NCBI GenBank assembly: GCA_948579315.1 | Contig: CAPAOL010000015.1 | Coordinates: 588 to 64,587 of the forward strand | Source: an uncultured Phocaeicola sp. | GTDB taxonomy: Bacteria; Bacteroidota; Bacteroidia; Bacteroidales; Bacteroidaceae | Direction: 5' to 3' | Length of the DNA stretch: 64,000 bases | Part shown: positions 12,049 through 21,515 of the stretch, piece by piece | Layout: every line of letters begins with the position of its first letter | How positions within the stretch are numbered: the first letter of the stretch is position 1 | Translations under genes and position numbers: made by a program | The notes under the pieces: model-generated | Databases searched by the model: none | Told to the model about the DNA's origin: nothing | What the model saw: only the letters and a program-made list of their open reading frames with translations

Positions 12049-12616
12049 ATGATAAGGAAACTATTATTTTTCGGAGTGTTTGCCATTTTAGAATCAGGTT
12101 TAGTGTGGGCACAAAATTTAAAGGTTCATACTATTGGAGATTCTACTATGGCAGATTACATGGAAAATACAACTCGTACTCGTGGGTAGGGAGAAATGCT
12201 GCAGGAGTTTTTTTCAAAAGAAGTACAAGTGATAAATTATGCACGTGGAGGTAGAAGCTCACGTCCTTTTTGGGAGGAAGGACGTTGGGATAAGGTGAAA
12301 GAAAATATAAGCTCTGGTGACTATGAAGAATGTAGCTCGTCAAAAAAAAGTACCTGTAGTTGATATGACAGCTCTGACCAAGGAGTTTGTTGAAGACTTA
12401 GGGGTAGATGCTACAATTCAACAGATTTATCTTCCTACAGATGGAACTCATACGCAAGCTACCGGAGCAGCTTGTTATACAAGAATAGTAGCTCATGATT
12501 TGGTGCATCAAGGGATATTGAGCGAATATATTGATAGTGAGGTGCCAATGGTATTAAATCCTACTTTATTGGACTTCGGGACTATTTATATTGGTAATGA
12601 GTCTACTTTTAAATAG
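12049..12616 (+). pseudogene. CE12 rhamnogalacturonan acetylesterase (SGNH) pseudogene
   Basis: Manual translation from ATG 12049: signal peptide, VHTIGDSTMA, RG*(TAG 12187-12189)GEML, NYARGGRSS, GDY; then frame change to MKNVA...VDMT...DGTHT; block III (GxND) absent. Confidence 0.85.
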
Positions 12617-12783
12617 CAGATTGGCAAGTACAGGGTTTTGAGATAGAATAATAGGATAAGAGGAGGAGAAAATAACTTTGAAAATCGAAAGGTTGATTTT
12701 TATAAGGATTTGGATAAAAAATATAAAGGTAATAACTTGAAATCGTGCACCTTTGCTGCGTGAACCTTTAAAATATACTATTC

Positions 12784-14115
12784 ATGAGAACAAGTAAAAT
12801 ACAATTTCCAAAACGGTTTTCTTTTTTCTTCCTCTTATTTTGTATATTGGGAATAATGGGATATGCCCGCTCCCAGCAGAATACTATTTTTCATGCTGTT
12901 GTTGCAAAAGATGGTACGGGAGATTATACTACAGTTCAGTCGGCTATTGATGCAGTCCCAGAGAATTTGAAAAGTCCTTGGCTGATATTTGTTAAAAATG
13001 GTTCATATGAAGAACAGGTGATTATTCCCCAAAACAAGCCTTTTATTCATCTTATCGGACAGGATAAGGAACGGACTATTATTCATCTTAAATTAAATGT
13101 AGGTGGTAAACCTGATGCCAATACTAAAGATTTAGCGTATTGGCATTATTCGGTTCATAATCCAAAATCTGTTGTTTCTCATTTTGAGGGAGCTGTGGTA
13201 AATATCAATGCTTCTGATTTTTATTCTGAAAATATTTCTTACGTCAATGATTGGGGGGTGGAGGCTCAAAATGGTCCTCAAGCATTAGCTTTGAAAACGA
13301 AGGCGGATCGTATTGCTTTTTATAATTGCAAATTCCGTTCGTTTCAAGATACCTGGATGACTACTACACGAGATGCAGACCGTCATTATGTAAAAGAATG
13401 TTGGCTAGAAGGGGCTGTAGATTATTTTTACGGTGGAGGCAATGCGTTAGTGGAAGAGTCTACATTATATAATGTACGTAGTGGCTCTGTTATAGTTGCG
13501 CCCTGTCATGAATCAGTAAAATATGGTTATGTGTTTCGTAATTGTGTGATTGATGGCAACGAACAGGCAGCAGATGGTAAATTGAAATTAGGACGTCCTT
13601 GGCATAACTCACCCAAAGCTGTTTATATTAATACTTTGGTGAAGATTCCTTTAGCTCCTGAAGGATGGACAAATATGGGTACTATTCCTGCTCTTTTTGC
13701 AGAATATAACAGTATGGATATGAATGGAAAGGCATTGGATTTAAGTTGTAGAAAAACGGAATATGAAACAGGTGGAAAAGAGAAAAGGAAAGGGGAATGC
13801 CGGGCTACAATTACTTCGAATGAGGCAGCTTTATATACTTATGAAAACATAATTAAAAGTAAGGATGGATGGGATCCTCGCAGCATGATGGAACAATTGC
13901 CTGCTCCGGCTCATATCCGGTGGGAGCAGGATGGTTTAAAGTGGGATGCTGTACCAGGCGCTTTGGGCTATGTGTTAGATGTAAATGGGAAAATAGTTGA
14001 TATAACTTCTGATACTCAATCATTATGGAAATCTGACATGAAAGGAGTAGTTCTGTTAATACGTGCGGTTAATCGAAACGGAACATTGGGAGAGCAAGGA
14101 GTTTATTATTTATAA
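12784..14115 (+). CDS. CE8 pectin methylesterase
   Basis: VVAKDGTGDYTTVQ, QALAL, QDT, VDYFYG, LGRPW motifs. Confidence 0.92.
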   Translation: MRTSKIQFPKRFSFFFLLFCILGIMGYARSQQNTIFHAVVAKDGTGDYTTVQSAIDAVPENLKSPWLIFVKNGSYEEQVIIPQNKPFIHLIGQDKERTIIHLKLNVGGKPDANTKDLAYWHYSVHNPKSVVSHFEGAVVNINASDFYSENISYVNDWGVEAQNGPQALALKTKADRIAFYNCKFRSFQDTWMTTTRDADRHYVKECWLEGAVDYFYGGGNALVEESTLYNVRSGSVIVAPCHESVKYGYVFRNCVIDGNEQAADGKLKLGRPWHNSPKAVYINTLVKIPLAPEGWTNMGTIPALFAEYNSMDMNGKALDLSCRKTEYETGGKEKRKGECRATITSNEAALYTYENIIKSKDGWDPRSMMEQLPAPAHIRWEQDGLKWDAVPGALGYVLDVNGKIVDITSDTQSLWKSDMKGVVLLIRAVNRNGTLGEQGVYYL

Positions 14116-14151
14116 TTTTATATTCGGATAACTCTGTTTTGTTATTCTCAA

Positions 14152-14215
14152 ACCGGATTTTATAAATATTAGACCGGATAATGTAATATCCGGTTCCTAT
14201 TTTTACTCATTTTTG
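14152..14215 (+). promoter_or_regulatory. Putative HTCS operator (ACCGGAT repeats, 21-bp period) and near-consensus -7 box upstream of susC
   Basis: ACCGGAT at 14152 and 14173, inverted copy ATCCGGT ~14188; CATTTTTG at 14208-14215. Confidence 0.5.
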
Positions 14216-14246
14216 TAGAGCTAAAAACTTTAAATTATACTATAAA

Positions 14247-17234
14247 ATGAAAACAGTAAAAAACATGAAACAAAGTAGGTTTATTCTGTTTGTGCTTTCA
14301 TTCCTGATGATGAGTATTGGGAATGTTTATGCGCAAAATATTATTGTAACAGGTACGGTTCTAGATAGTACCGGTGAGCCTGTTATCGGTGCTAATGTAA
14401 AGGTAGCAGGCAACTCATCCGTAGGAACCATTACCGATTTTGAGGGGAATTTCTCCTTGTCGCTTCCTGCGGACACAAAGAAATTGGAAATCAGTTATAT
14501 CGGTATGCTTTCACAAGAGACTGTCATTAAGCCGGGAACCCCGGTAAAGGTAATTTTGAAAGAAGATACGGAAGAATTGGATGAAGTGGTAGTCATTGGT
14601 TATGGTACTGTAAAGAAACGGGACTTGACTGGTTCTATGACCTCCATCAAGCAAGCGGACATTGTCGCTGTTCCTACGACGAATGCTTTGGAAAGCTTGC
14701 AAGGAAAAGTGGCTGGACTAGATATGACTAAATCAAGTGGTCAGACAGGTTCGGGATTGTCATTCTCTATTCGCGGTAACCGGTCATTGAATGCTTCGAA
14801 TGCTCCGCTGATTATTGTGGACGGAGTACCCTATGGGACAGATATTGATATCAATCCCAATGTTATAGAATCTATGGAGATTCTGAAGGATGCTTCTTCT
14901 ACCGCTATTTATGGTTCTCGCGGTGCTAACGGAGTCATCTTGATTACTACAAAGAAAGGAGCTGTAGGCAAAACCAAGGTTTCATATAACGGTTATTATT
15001 CTAGCAATTCTGTAGCTGCTTATCCTGATAGAATGAATTTGTCCGAATGGGCTGATTTCAAGAGAGAGGCTTATCGCACGGACGGTCAGTGGGCAAGCCC
15101 CGAAGATGATGCCAAAATTTTCGGTTCTGCTTATGATGCTATAAAAGCCAATCAAAATGTGGACTGGGTGGATGTGCTGATGCAAACGGGTAGCCAGATG
15201 TCCCATTCTATCAATATCTCGAATGGTACAGAGAAGACAACATTCAATCTGGCCTTTGAATATATGTCTGAAGACGGTTTGGTGAAGTTGGATAATATGG
15301 ACCGTTATAATGCAACCTTATCTTTGTCGCATAAGTTGACTGATAATTTAAAACTGAACGCTAATGTAGTATATACCTATTTGGATCAGAACATCAGACG
15401 TGATCCTTTCAACCGTTCTATTTATTACGCTCCCTATGGGGATGTATACAATGAAGACGGTTCCATCAATGTGCTTCCTTTTAATGACGGACAGACCATC
15501 AGCCCGATAGCCGAGGAAGTTCCCGGAGCCTATAAAAATAACCGGTTGACCAGCCATTTGGTGGGGAATGTAGGGGCTACCTGGAACATTATCAAGGACT
15601 TGACACTGACTTCTACTTTCGGATTTGACAAGAAAGATGTCCGTACAGGACATTTTGCTGATACATATACGTTGGACGGAGCGGGAAATTACTCGTTAGC
15701 AGATGTTATCAATCATAGTGATGTCAATTGGTCGTGGGAAAATACATTGGCTTATTCGTTCACATTAGGAAAACATAATCTGAGTCTGATGGCTGGTAAT
15801 GCATTATATAAAAATGTAGCTGAGGAATATAAGGGTGCGGGACATAATCTTATTTCATCTACTATGTTGTTTTATAATTTAGGTGGTTTGCAGGATAGTC
15901 AGCAGATATCCAGTAATTATGTACAAACCACTATGGCTTCTTTCTTCGGACGTATCAACTACAAATTCAATGAGAAATACTTGATGACCGTAACTTTGCG
16001 TCAGGATGGCTCATCTGTATTGGCAAAAGATCATCAGTGGGGGTTCTTCCCATCTGTGGCTTTGGCCTGGCGTATGAATGAAGAGAATTTCCTGAAGAAT
16101 ATAGAACAACTTTCCAATTTGAAACTTCGGTTGAGTTATGGTATTTCAGGAAACAGTGCTGTTTCTGCATATCAAACTCAGGGAGGATTAGGAAAGACCA
16201 TGTATGCTTATCTCATAAATAATACGGAAAACGGGGCCTATGGTTATTATCCGGCTTTGACACCGAATTATAATTTGGGCTGGGAAAAAACAGCAACGGC
16301 TAATATCGGTATTGATTTTGGTTTCTTCAATAACCGCATCAGTGGTTCATTGGACATCTATCAACAAAAGACATCAGATTTGCTGATGCAGAAAAAAGTA
16401 CCTAGCTCTACCGGATATTCTTTGGCATGGGATAATGTAGGAAAAACTGAAAATAAAGGTGTGGAATTAGTTATTAATACCCAAAATTTCAATCAAAAGG
16501 ATTTCTCGTGGAATACAGATTATACTTTTACTCTGAACAGAGAGAAAATCACTGAATTGGCAGATGGAACCGATCGTGATATTAGTAACGGTTGGTTTGT
16601 AGGACATTCCATCAAAACGCATTATGGATTGGAGAAAATCGGTATTTGGCAACTTGACGAAGCTGAGGAAGCAGCTAAATATGGTGAGAAGCCGGGCCGT
16701 ATAAAAATAAAGGACCAAAATAAGGATGGTTCTATAGACAATGATAACGATCGTGTCATTTTGGGTTCGGAAACTCCCGATTTCGTAATGGGATTGAACA
16801 ATACATTCAAATACAAGAACTTTGATTTGCGCGTTTTCATGTATTGGAGACAAGGGCAAATGTTACATTCGGAAGCCAACGGGTATGGATCATACCGTAT
16901 TCAAGGAGATCCGGGTATTAAAGTAAACTATTGGACACCGGAGAATCCTACGAATGAATTTCCCCGTCCGGAAAAAAGTTATTCAGATTCTTCCAAATTG
17001 GATGCATTGGGATACGTGGATGGTTCGTATTTGAAGATTAAAGAAATCACTTTGGGATATCAGTTACCTAAATCATGGATCGAGAAGATTCATGCTTCTA
17101 ATATCCGTATCTATTGTTCATTAAAGAATTTCTTTACTTTCAGCCATTTGGATGATTATGATCCTGAACGAGGAGGCTCTTTGAGCTACCCGATGACAAA
17201 ACAAGCAGTATTTGGTATTAATGTTGATTTTTAA
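14247..17234 (+). CDS. susC: SusC-family TonB-dependent transporter
   Basis: N-terminal CarboxypepD-like domain, plug motif LKDASSTAIYGSRGANGVILITTK, terminal F. Confidence 0.96.
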   Translation: MKTVKNMKQSRFILFVLSFLMMSIGNVYAQNIIVTGTVLDSTGEPVIGANVKVAGNSSVGTITDFEGNFSLSLPADTKKLEISYIGMLSQETVIKPGTPVKVILKEDTEELDEVVVIGYGTVKKRDLTGSMTSIKQADIVAVPTTNALESLQGKVAGLDMTKSSGQTGSGLSFSIRGNRSLNASNAPLIIVDGVPYGTDIDINPNVIESMEILKDASSTAIYGSRGANGVILITTKKGAVGKTKVSYNGYYSSNSVAAYPDRMNLSEWADFKREAYRTDGQWASPEDDAKIFGSAYDAIKANQNVDWVDVLMQTGSQMSHSINISNGTEKTTFNLAFEYMSEDGLVKLDNMDRYNATLSLSHKLTDNLKLNANVVYTYLDQNIRRDPFNRSIYYAPYGDVYNEDGSINVLPFNDGQTISPIAEEVPGAYKNNRLTSHLVGNVGATWNIIKDLTLTSTFGFDKKDVRTGHFADTYTLDGAGNYSLADVINHSDVNWSWENTLAYSFTLGKHNLSLMAGNALYKNVAEEYKGAGHNLISSTMLFYNLGGLQDSQQISSNYVQTTMASFFGRINYKFNEKYLMTVTLRQDGSSVLAKDHQWGFFPSVALAWRMNEENFLKNIEQLSNLKLRLSYGISGNSAVSAYQTQGGLGKTMYAYLINNTENGAYGYYPALTPNYNLGWEKTATANIGIDFGFFNNRISGSLDIYQQKTSDLLMQKKVPSSTGYSLAWDNVGKTENKGVELVINTQNFNQKDFSWNTDYTFTLNREKITELADGTDRDISNGWFVGHSIKTHYGLEKIGIWQLDEAEEAAKYGEKPGRIKIKDQNKDGSIDNDNDRVILGSETPDFVMGLNNTFKYKNFDLRVFMYWRQGQMLHSEANGYGSYRIQGDPGIKVNYWTPENPTNEFPRPEKSYSDSSKLDALGYVDGSYLKIKEITLGYQLPKSWIEKIHASNIRIYCSLKNFFTFSHLDDYDPERGGSLSYPMTKQAVFGINVDF

Positions 17235-17248
17235 ATAAACGAATAGGT

Positions 17249-18922
17249 ATGAATAAATTATATAAATGGTGTTTGCTTAGCTGTATAGCAGCAACCTTGA
17301 GTTCATGTGATGATTTTCTGACAGAGGAAAATCCCAGTGGATTGACCGCTGATACTTTTTATAAGACTGCATCGGGTGCAGAAGCCTTGATTAATTCATG
17401 TTACACACCGTTGCGTTTCTGGTATGGACAGGAATATGCCACATCAATGACAGAGTTGGGAACGGATATATTTACTCGGGGAAATGGTTGTACCGATGCT
17501 GAACTTTCCGATTATAATTCGTCATTACAAGGTTCCAGCAATGCGATAACTAAAGAGTGGGAACGTTTGTATTCGGCATTGAATACTTGTAACACTGCCT
17601 TGAACCGTTTGCCAGGATCCGAACTTTCAGCTTCGGTTAAAGATATCCGTATGGGGGAAGCCTATTTCTTGCGGGCTCTTTATCTGTGGCATATTGTAGA
17701 GACATGGGGAGGTGTTTATTTATCGACAGAAGAATGTACCGAGCCGTCAGGCTACGTTTACCGTTCGTCCGAAGAGGATTTTTATACTCAGATTATAGCT
17801 GATTTAAAAGAGGCGATGGCTAAATTGCCAGTTTCCACTTCCGACTATGGACGTGCTACTAAAGGTGCGGCCGAAGCGTTTCTGGCACGCGTTTATCTGT
17901 ATAATAAAAATTATGAGGAAGCATTGAAATATGCCCGTAATGTCATTAACAATTATGATTATAGTTTGGCAAAAGATTATTCGGACCTTTGTGATATTTA
18001 TAAATGTAATGATGTAAAAGAGAATGTGTTTGTTTGTATGTACACGAAGAGTGAGATATTCGGAACTTCCATTGAAGAAGGTCCTGATGGGAACCCCATC
18101 ATTTGGAGAACACCGGGTAATAACCCTTCACATTTGTTGTGGGTGATGTGCTATGATCAGGTACTCGATAAAGACGGTAAGAAACCTGTTACGCGCTCCA
18201 TAGAATATGGTCGCAGTTTTAACAGATATATGCCTACGCTGTATTATCTGAATCTGTTCGATGAAAAGATGGATGCCCGTTATGATGATGTGTTCCAGCA
18301 GGCATGGATTTGTAACAATACGAACAGTGCTTATATCTCACCGGGAGATACGGCTATTTTCTTTACTAAATATAGTGTGCCCGATGCAGAGGAAGCTAAA
18401 CACAATTATATTACCATAGACAAGGATTTTGTTTACAATGCCGATGGTTCTATCAAAAATAGAGTTCAGAATGTGACTTTCAAAAAATTCCTTGATCCGT
18501 CTCGTGAGTCTGTGAATTATACGGGAAGTGTGAGACATGGTGTGGTCATTCGTCTTGCTGAGTTATATCTGATAGCTGCTGAGGCTGAATTATTCTTGAA
18601 CGATAATGTCTCTGGAGCATCTTATATCAATGAGGTAAGAAGGAGAGCCGCTATTCCTGGAAAGGAAGCCGCTATGGAGATAAAGCCGGAACAGTTGACA
18701 TTAGATTTTATTTTGGATGAACGGGCCCGTGAGTTGGGAGGAGAGCAGCAACGTTGGTTCGATTTGAAGCGTACCGATAAGCTGCTGGAAAGAGTAAAAG
18801 CATACAATCCGGATGCGAAAGTGAATATAAAAGAGCATCATTTGCTACGTCCTATTCCTCAGACTCAATTGGATGCCATTATCAATAAAGATGAGTTTGG
18901 GCAAAATGCCGGTTACAATTAA
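17249..18922 (+). CDS. susD: SusD-family glycan-binding lipoprotein
   Basis: Lipobox LSSC, RATKGAA, RLAELYLIAAEA, ERARELGGE..RWFDLKR, QNAGY. Confidence 0.95.
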   Translation: MNKLYKWCLLSCIAATLSSCDDFLTEENPSGLTADTFYKTASGAEALINSCYTPLRFWYGQEYATSMTELGTDIFTRGNGCTDAELSDYNSSLQGSSNAITKEWERLYSALNTCNTALNRLPGSELSASVKDIRMGEAYFLRALYLWHIVETWGGVYLSTEECTEPSGYVYRSSEEDFYTQIIADLKEAMAKLPVSTSDYGRATKGAAEAFLARVYLYNKNYEEALKYARNVINNYDYSLAKDYSDLCDIYKCNDVKENVFVCMYTKSEIFGTSIEEGPDGNPIIWRTPGNNPSHLLWVMCYDQVLDKDGKKPVTRSIEYGRSFNRYMPTLYYLNLFDEKMDARYDDVFQQAWICNNTNSAYISPGDTAIFFTKYSVPDAEEAKHNYITIDKDFVYNADGSIKNRVQNVTFKKFLDPSRESVNYTGSVRHGVVIRLAELYLIAAEAELFLNDNVSGASYINEVRRRAAIPGKEAAMEIKPEQLTLDFILDERARELGGEQQRWFDLKRTDKLLERVKAYNPDAKVNIKEHHLLRPIPQTQLDAIINKDEFGQNAGYN

Positions 18923-19003
18923 GTATGTCTGTCAGACTAAAGTTTGATTTCTTGTAAAGGTGTAGTCTGATGATTGGCAGAGAAGTTATTTAGTTTGCAA
19001 AAG

Positions 19004-19087
19004 TTTTTAAACAACATAAGTTCGTTTTTAAAAACGAACTTATGTTGTTTAAAAAGGTGGTGGCCTTTTTTAAAAAGGACAAGGTCT
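19004..19087. repeat. 21-bp-period TTTTTAAAAA-core repeats containing a perfect 52-bp palindrome (19004-19055)
   Basis: TTTTTAAACAACATAAGTTCGTTTTT|AAAAACGAACTTATGTTGTTTAAAAA; cores at 19004, 19025, 19046, 19067. Confidence 0.9.
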
Positions 19088-19565
19088 TTCTGGTTGAATG
19101 AAAGAGGAGTATATAAGGCTCCTTACATGTGTGGATATAAGAGCTCTCATCGGAGTTTTTTCCGGCAGGTCGGAATGTTTTTCCCAATTGAAGAACAAGT
19201 TTGGAAAGGCTAGGCGGATTTTCAATATTTTCTTTTCATAAGGTTTATCAATTCTGCGCCACCACCCCTAAATCTTTTTATCCATCAGTGTTTCCGATAA
19301 AAGGTGGTAGCAGTGGCAGCAGATTTTAAAAACTCTATTGTGGAACTTTCCAGCAAATACAGTCTGTCAGATGATCGTTGATAAAACCTGAAGCTTGCAA
19401 ATGGGCGTAGCAAATTGTAGTCCCGAAGAACTTGAAACCTCGTTTTTTCATATCTTTACTCATGGCATCGGATTCGGGAGAGGATACCGGAATCTCGCTC
19501 AATGACCGGAATGTGTTGATAATCGGCTTTTTGTCGGGAAAGAATGACAGGGTATAATTATAAAA

Positions 19566-20936
19566 GGCACTATAAAATATTTTGTGTTAATGGAAAATAC
19601 GGGATTCAAAATCGAGTTCCGTATTTTTTATTTTATACATTTACCAAATGAAAAAGATTATGAAAGAAAAGAATCAAGTAGTGCCTGATGAGGTATTAAG
19701 CAAGGAGTTCCTTAGCCAGTTCAAGACAGAAGCGGATGTGAGCAGGTTTCTGAATCAGTTGCATGCGCAGGTATTGGAAAAGATGCTTGAAGGTGAGATG
19801 GATGCCCATTTGGGGTATGAGAAGAATTCCGTGGCAGGGAACAACACCGGCAACTCCCGGAATGGCAGTTATCCGAAGAAAATTCAGACCGGACATGGAG
19901 AGTCTGTCATCTCCATTCCGCGTGACCGCAACGGGCAGTTTGAACCGATAGCAGTCCCCAAGCATGAAAGCCGGGGACTTTCTATAGAGAAGCTTGTTAT
20001 CTCCCTGTATGCCAAAGGAATGAGTGTTTCCGATATAGAGGAGGAGATGCGTGAGATTTATGAAATAGAGCTCTCTACATCAGCTATTTCCATTATTACA
20101 AACAAGGTAAGCCAGGCTGCGCAGGAATGGCAGAACCGTCCTCTGGATCCGGTCTATCTGATAGTCTGGATGGATGGTATCGTCTTCAAGGTACGGGATA
20201 ACGGCAAGATTATAAACAAGACCGTCTATTTTTGTGTCGGTCTGAAACAGAACGGCCTGAAGGAAGTCCTTGGCATGTGGGTCGGCAAATCGGAAAGTTC
20301 CTCTTTCTGGATGGGTGTCCTGACCGACTTGAAGGCTCGTGGAGTGCAGGATATACTGATTACCTGTACTGACAATCTGAATGGATTTACAGATACCATC
20401 CGTACCGTATTCCCCCAGTCATCCACTCAGATCTGTGTGGTACATCAGATCAGGAACTCCTGTAAATATGTCGTTTATAAGGATAAGAAAGAGTTTACGG
20501 CGGATATGAAGAATATCTACAATGCACCTAATAAGGAAGTTGCTGCCGCAGAACTTGACAATCTGGAAAAGAAATGGGGAGGAAAGTATCCATACGCCAT
20601 ACTTTCATGGAGAAACAACTGGGATGATCTGACTGTTTTCTTCCAGTTCCCATTGGAAATCAGGAAAATAATCTATACCACAAATCTTATTGAGAATCTG
20701 AACGGAAAAATCAGAAAGTACACCAAATCAAAGCTTTCATTCCCGTCGGACGATGCCGTAAAAAAAAACCGTGTATCTTTCACTTATGGAGATTGAAAAG
20801 AAATGGACAATGCCTATTTCAAACTGTGGATTGATTATGAACCAGTTTATGCTTATATTTGAAAACAGAATCCAGATATAAGAACAAACTTACAACTGAA
20901 TCCTGTTTCCATTTACACAAAATTTTGGACAGTACC
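19566..20936 (+). mobile_element. IS256-family insertion sequence (1371 bp)
   Basis: IRL GGCACTATAAAATATTTTGTGTTAATGGAAA vs IRR (reverse complement) GGTACTGTCCAAAATTTTGTGTAAATGGAAA; 8-bp target duplication TTATAAAA at 19558-19565 and 20937-20944. Confidence 0.95.
19648..20881 (+). CDS. IS256 (mutator-type) DDE transposase; apparent +1 frameshift in A9 run (20760-20768); as-read ORF ends 20796
   Basis: RNG, PRDR, WMDG, TDNL, QICVVH, YTTNLIE motifs; the natural-looking C-terminus [15 protein letters not shown]...RIQI* is in another frame ending 20881. Confidence 0.9.
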
Positions 20937-21316
20937 TTATAAAAACTACCGAATTCCTTTTGTACGGCAAGGAATAGTTTCGCATTCGTGATTGTCGATT
21001 TGATTTTCAGACGGTTTTTTACAATTCCTTCAAATTGCATTAGCCGCTCAACGTCTTCATCGGTCATTTGTGCTACCAGCTCGGCATCAAAATTATAGAA
21101 AGCTTTACGATACCCCTCTCTTTTTTTAAGAATCGTTATCCAGTTTAGTCCTGCTTGGGCACTTTCCAATACAAGAAACTCAAACAGCGTCTTGTCATCG
21201 GTAACTAACTTTCCCCACTCCTGGTCATGGTATTTCACATACAATTCGTCTGTTCCGCACCAACCGCAACGTCCGTTTGTTATATCTTGCATAATTCTAA
21301 TATTTGTGATATAGAA

Positions 21317-21324
21317 CAAATGTA
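21317..21324 (-). promoter_or_regulatory. -7 promoter box of tag (TACATTTG)
   Basis: Exact TAnnTTTG on the minus strand; supports start at 21292 rather than 21334. Confidence 0.6.
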
Positions 21325-21515
21325 GTGGATTCATGGCATTATGCCAAATTTAAAAGGACTATTTTGTGGCATAAATACCTATAAAAAGTTATTGCATAGT
21401 ATATATATTCCGTAAAATGGGGGAAAAGATTACCTATATCAGGTGATTGTTTCCCCTTTTCTTTTTACGGACCTTTGCATTCTCAAAAATTAAGAATTTA
21501 GAATTATAGGTATTC

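Larger units (their letters stand above)
19335..21292 (-). pseudogene. tag: DNA-3-methyladenine glycosylase I interrupted by IS256
   Basis: N-part 21292-20937 (MQDITNGRCGWC..YHDQEWG..LESAQAGLNW..EFGSFY) joins in frame to C-part 19557-19335 (NYTLSFF..MKKRGFKFFGTTICYAHLQASGFINDHLTDC); 192 aa once the IS and one target copy are removed. Confidence 0.95.

Noticed and set aside
10918..12189. Two nearby in-frame TAG codons as amber recoding/readthrough
   Set aside because: They replace different expected residues (Gln and Trp), both genes show other decay, and TAG is a normal stop elsewhere (ahpF, HTCS at 45253, tag)
19004..19087. CRISPR array or hairpin-telomere (protelomerase) site
   Set aside because: Units are 21 bp with no unique 30-40 bp spacers; no cas, protelomerase or phage genes in the window
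18974..19213. ORFs 18974-19213 (+) and 18990-19187 (-) sharing an identical peptide
   Set aside because: Artefact of the 52-bp palindrome; no protein-like features
19254..19322. Imperfect GCCACCACC...GGTGGTAGCAGTGGC hairpin as an ncRNA
   Set aside because: Lies just downstream of the tag stop; most simply a terminator or degenerate repeat; no family recognised
20819..21334. 171-aa ORF as a complete Tag protein
   Set aside because: C-terminal ~38 aa come from the IS end; the true C-terminus is at 19557-19335, and the upstream ATG precedes the promoter
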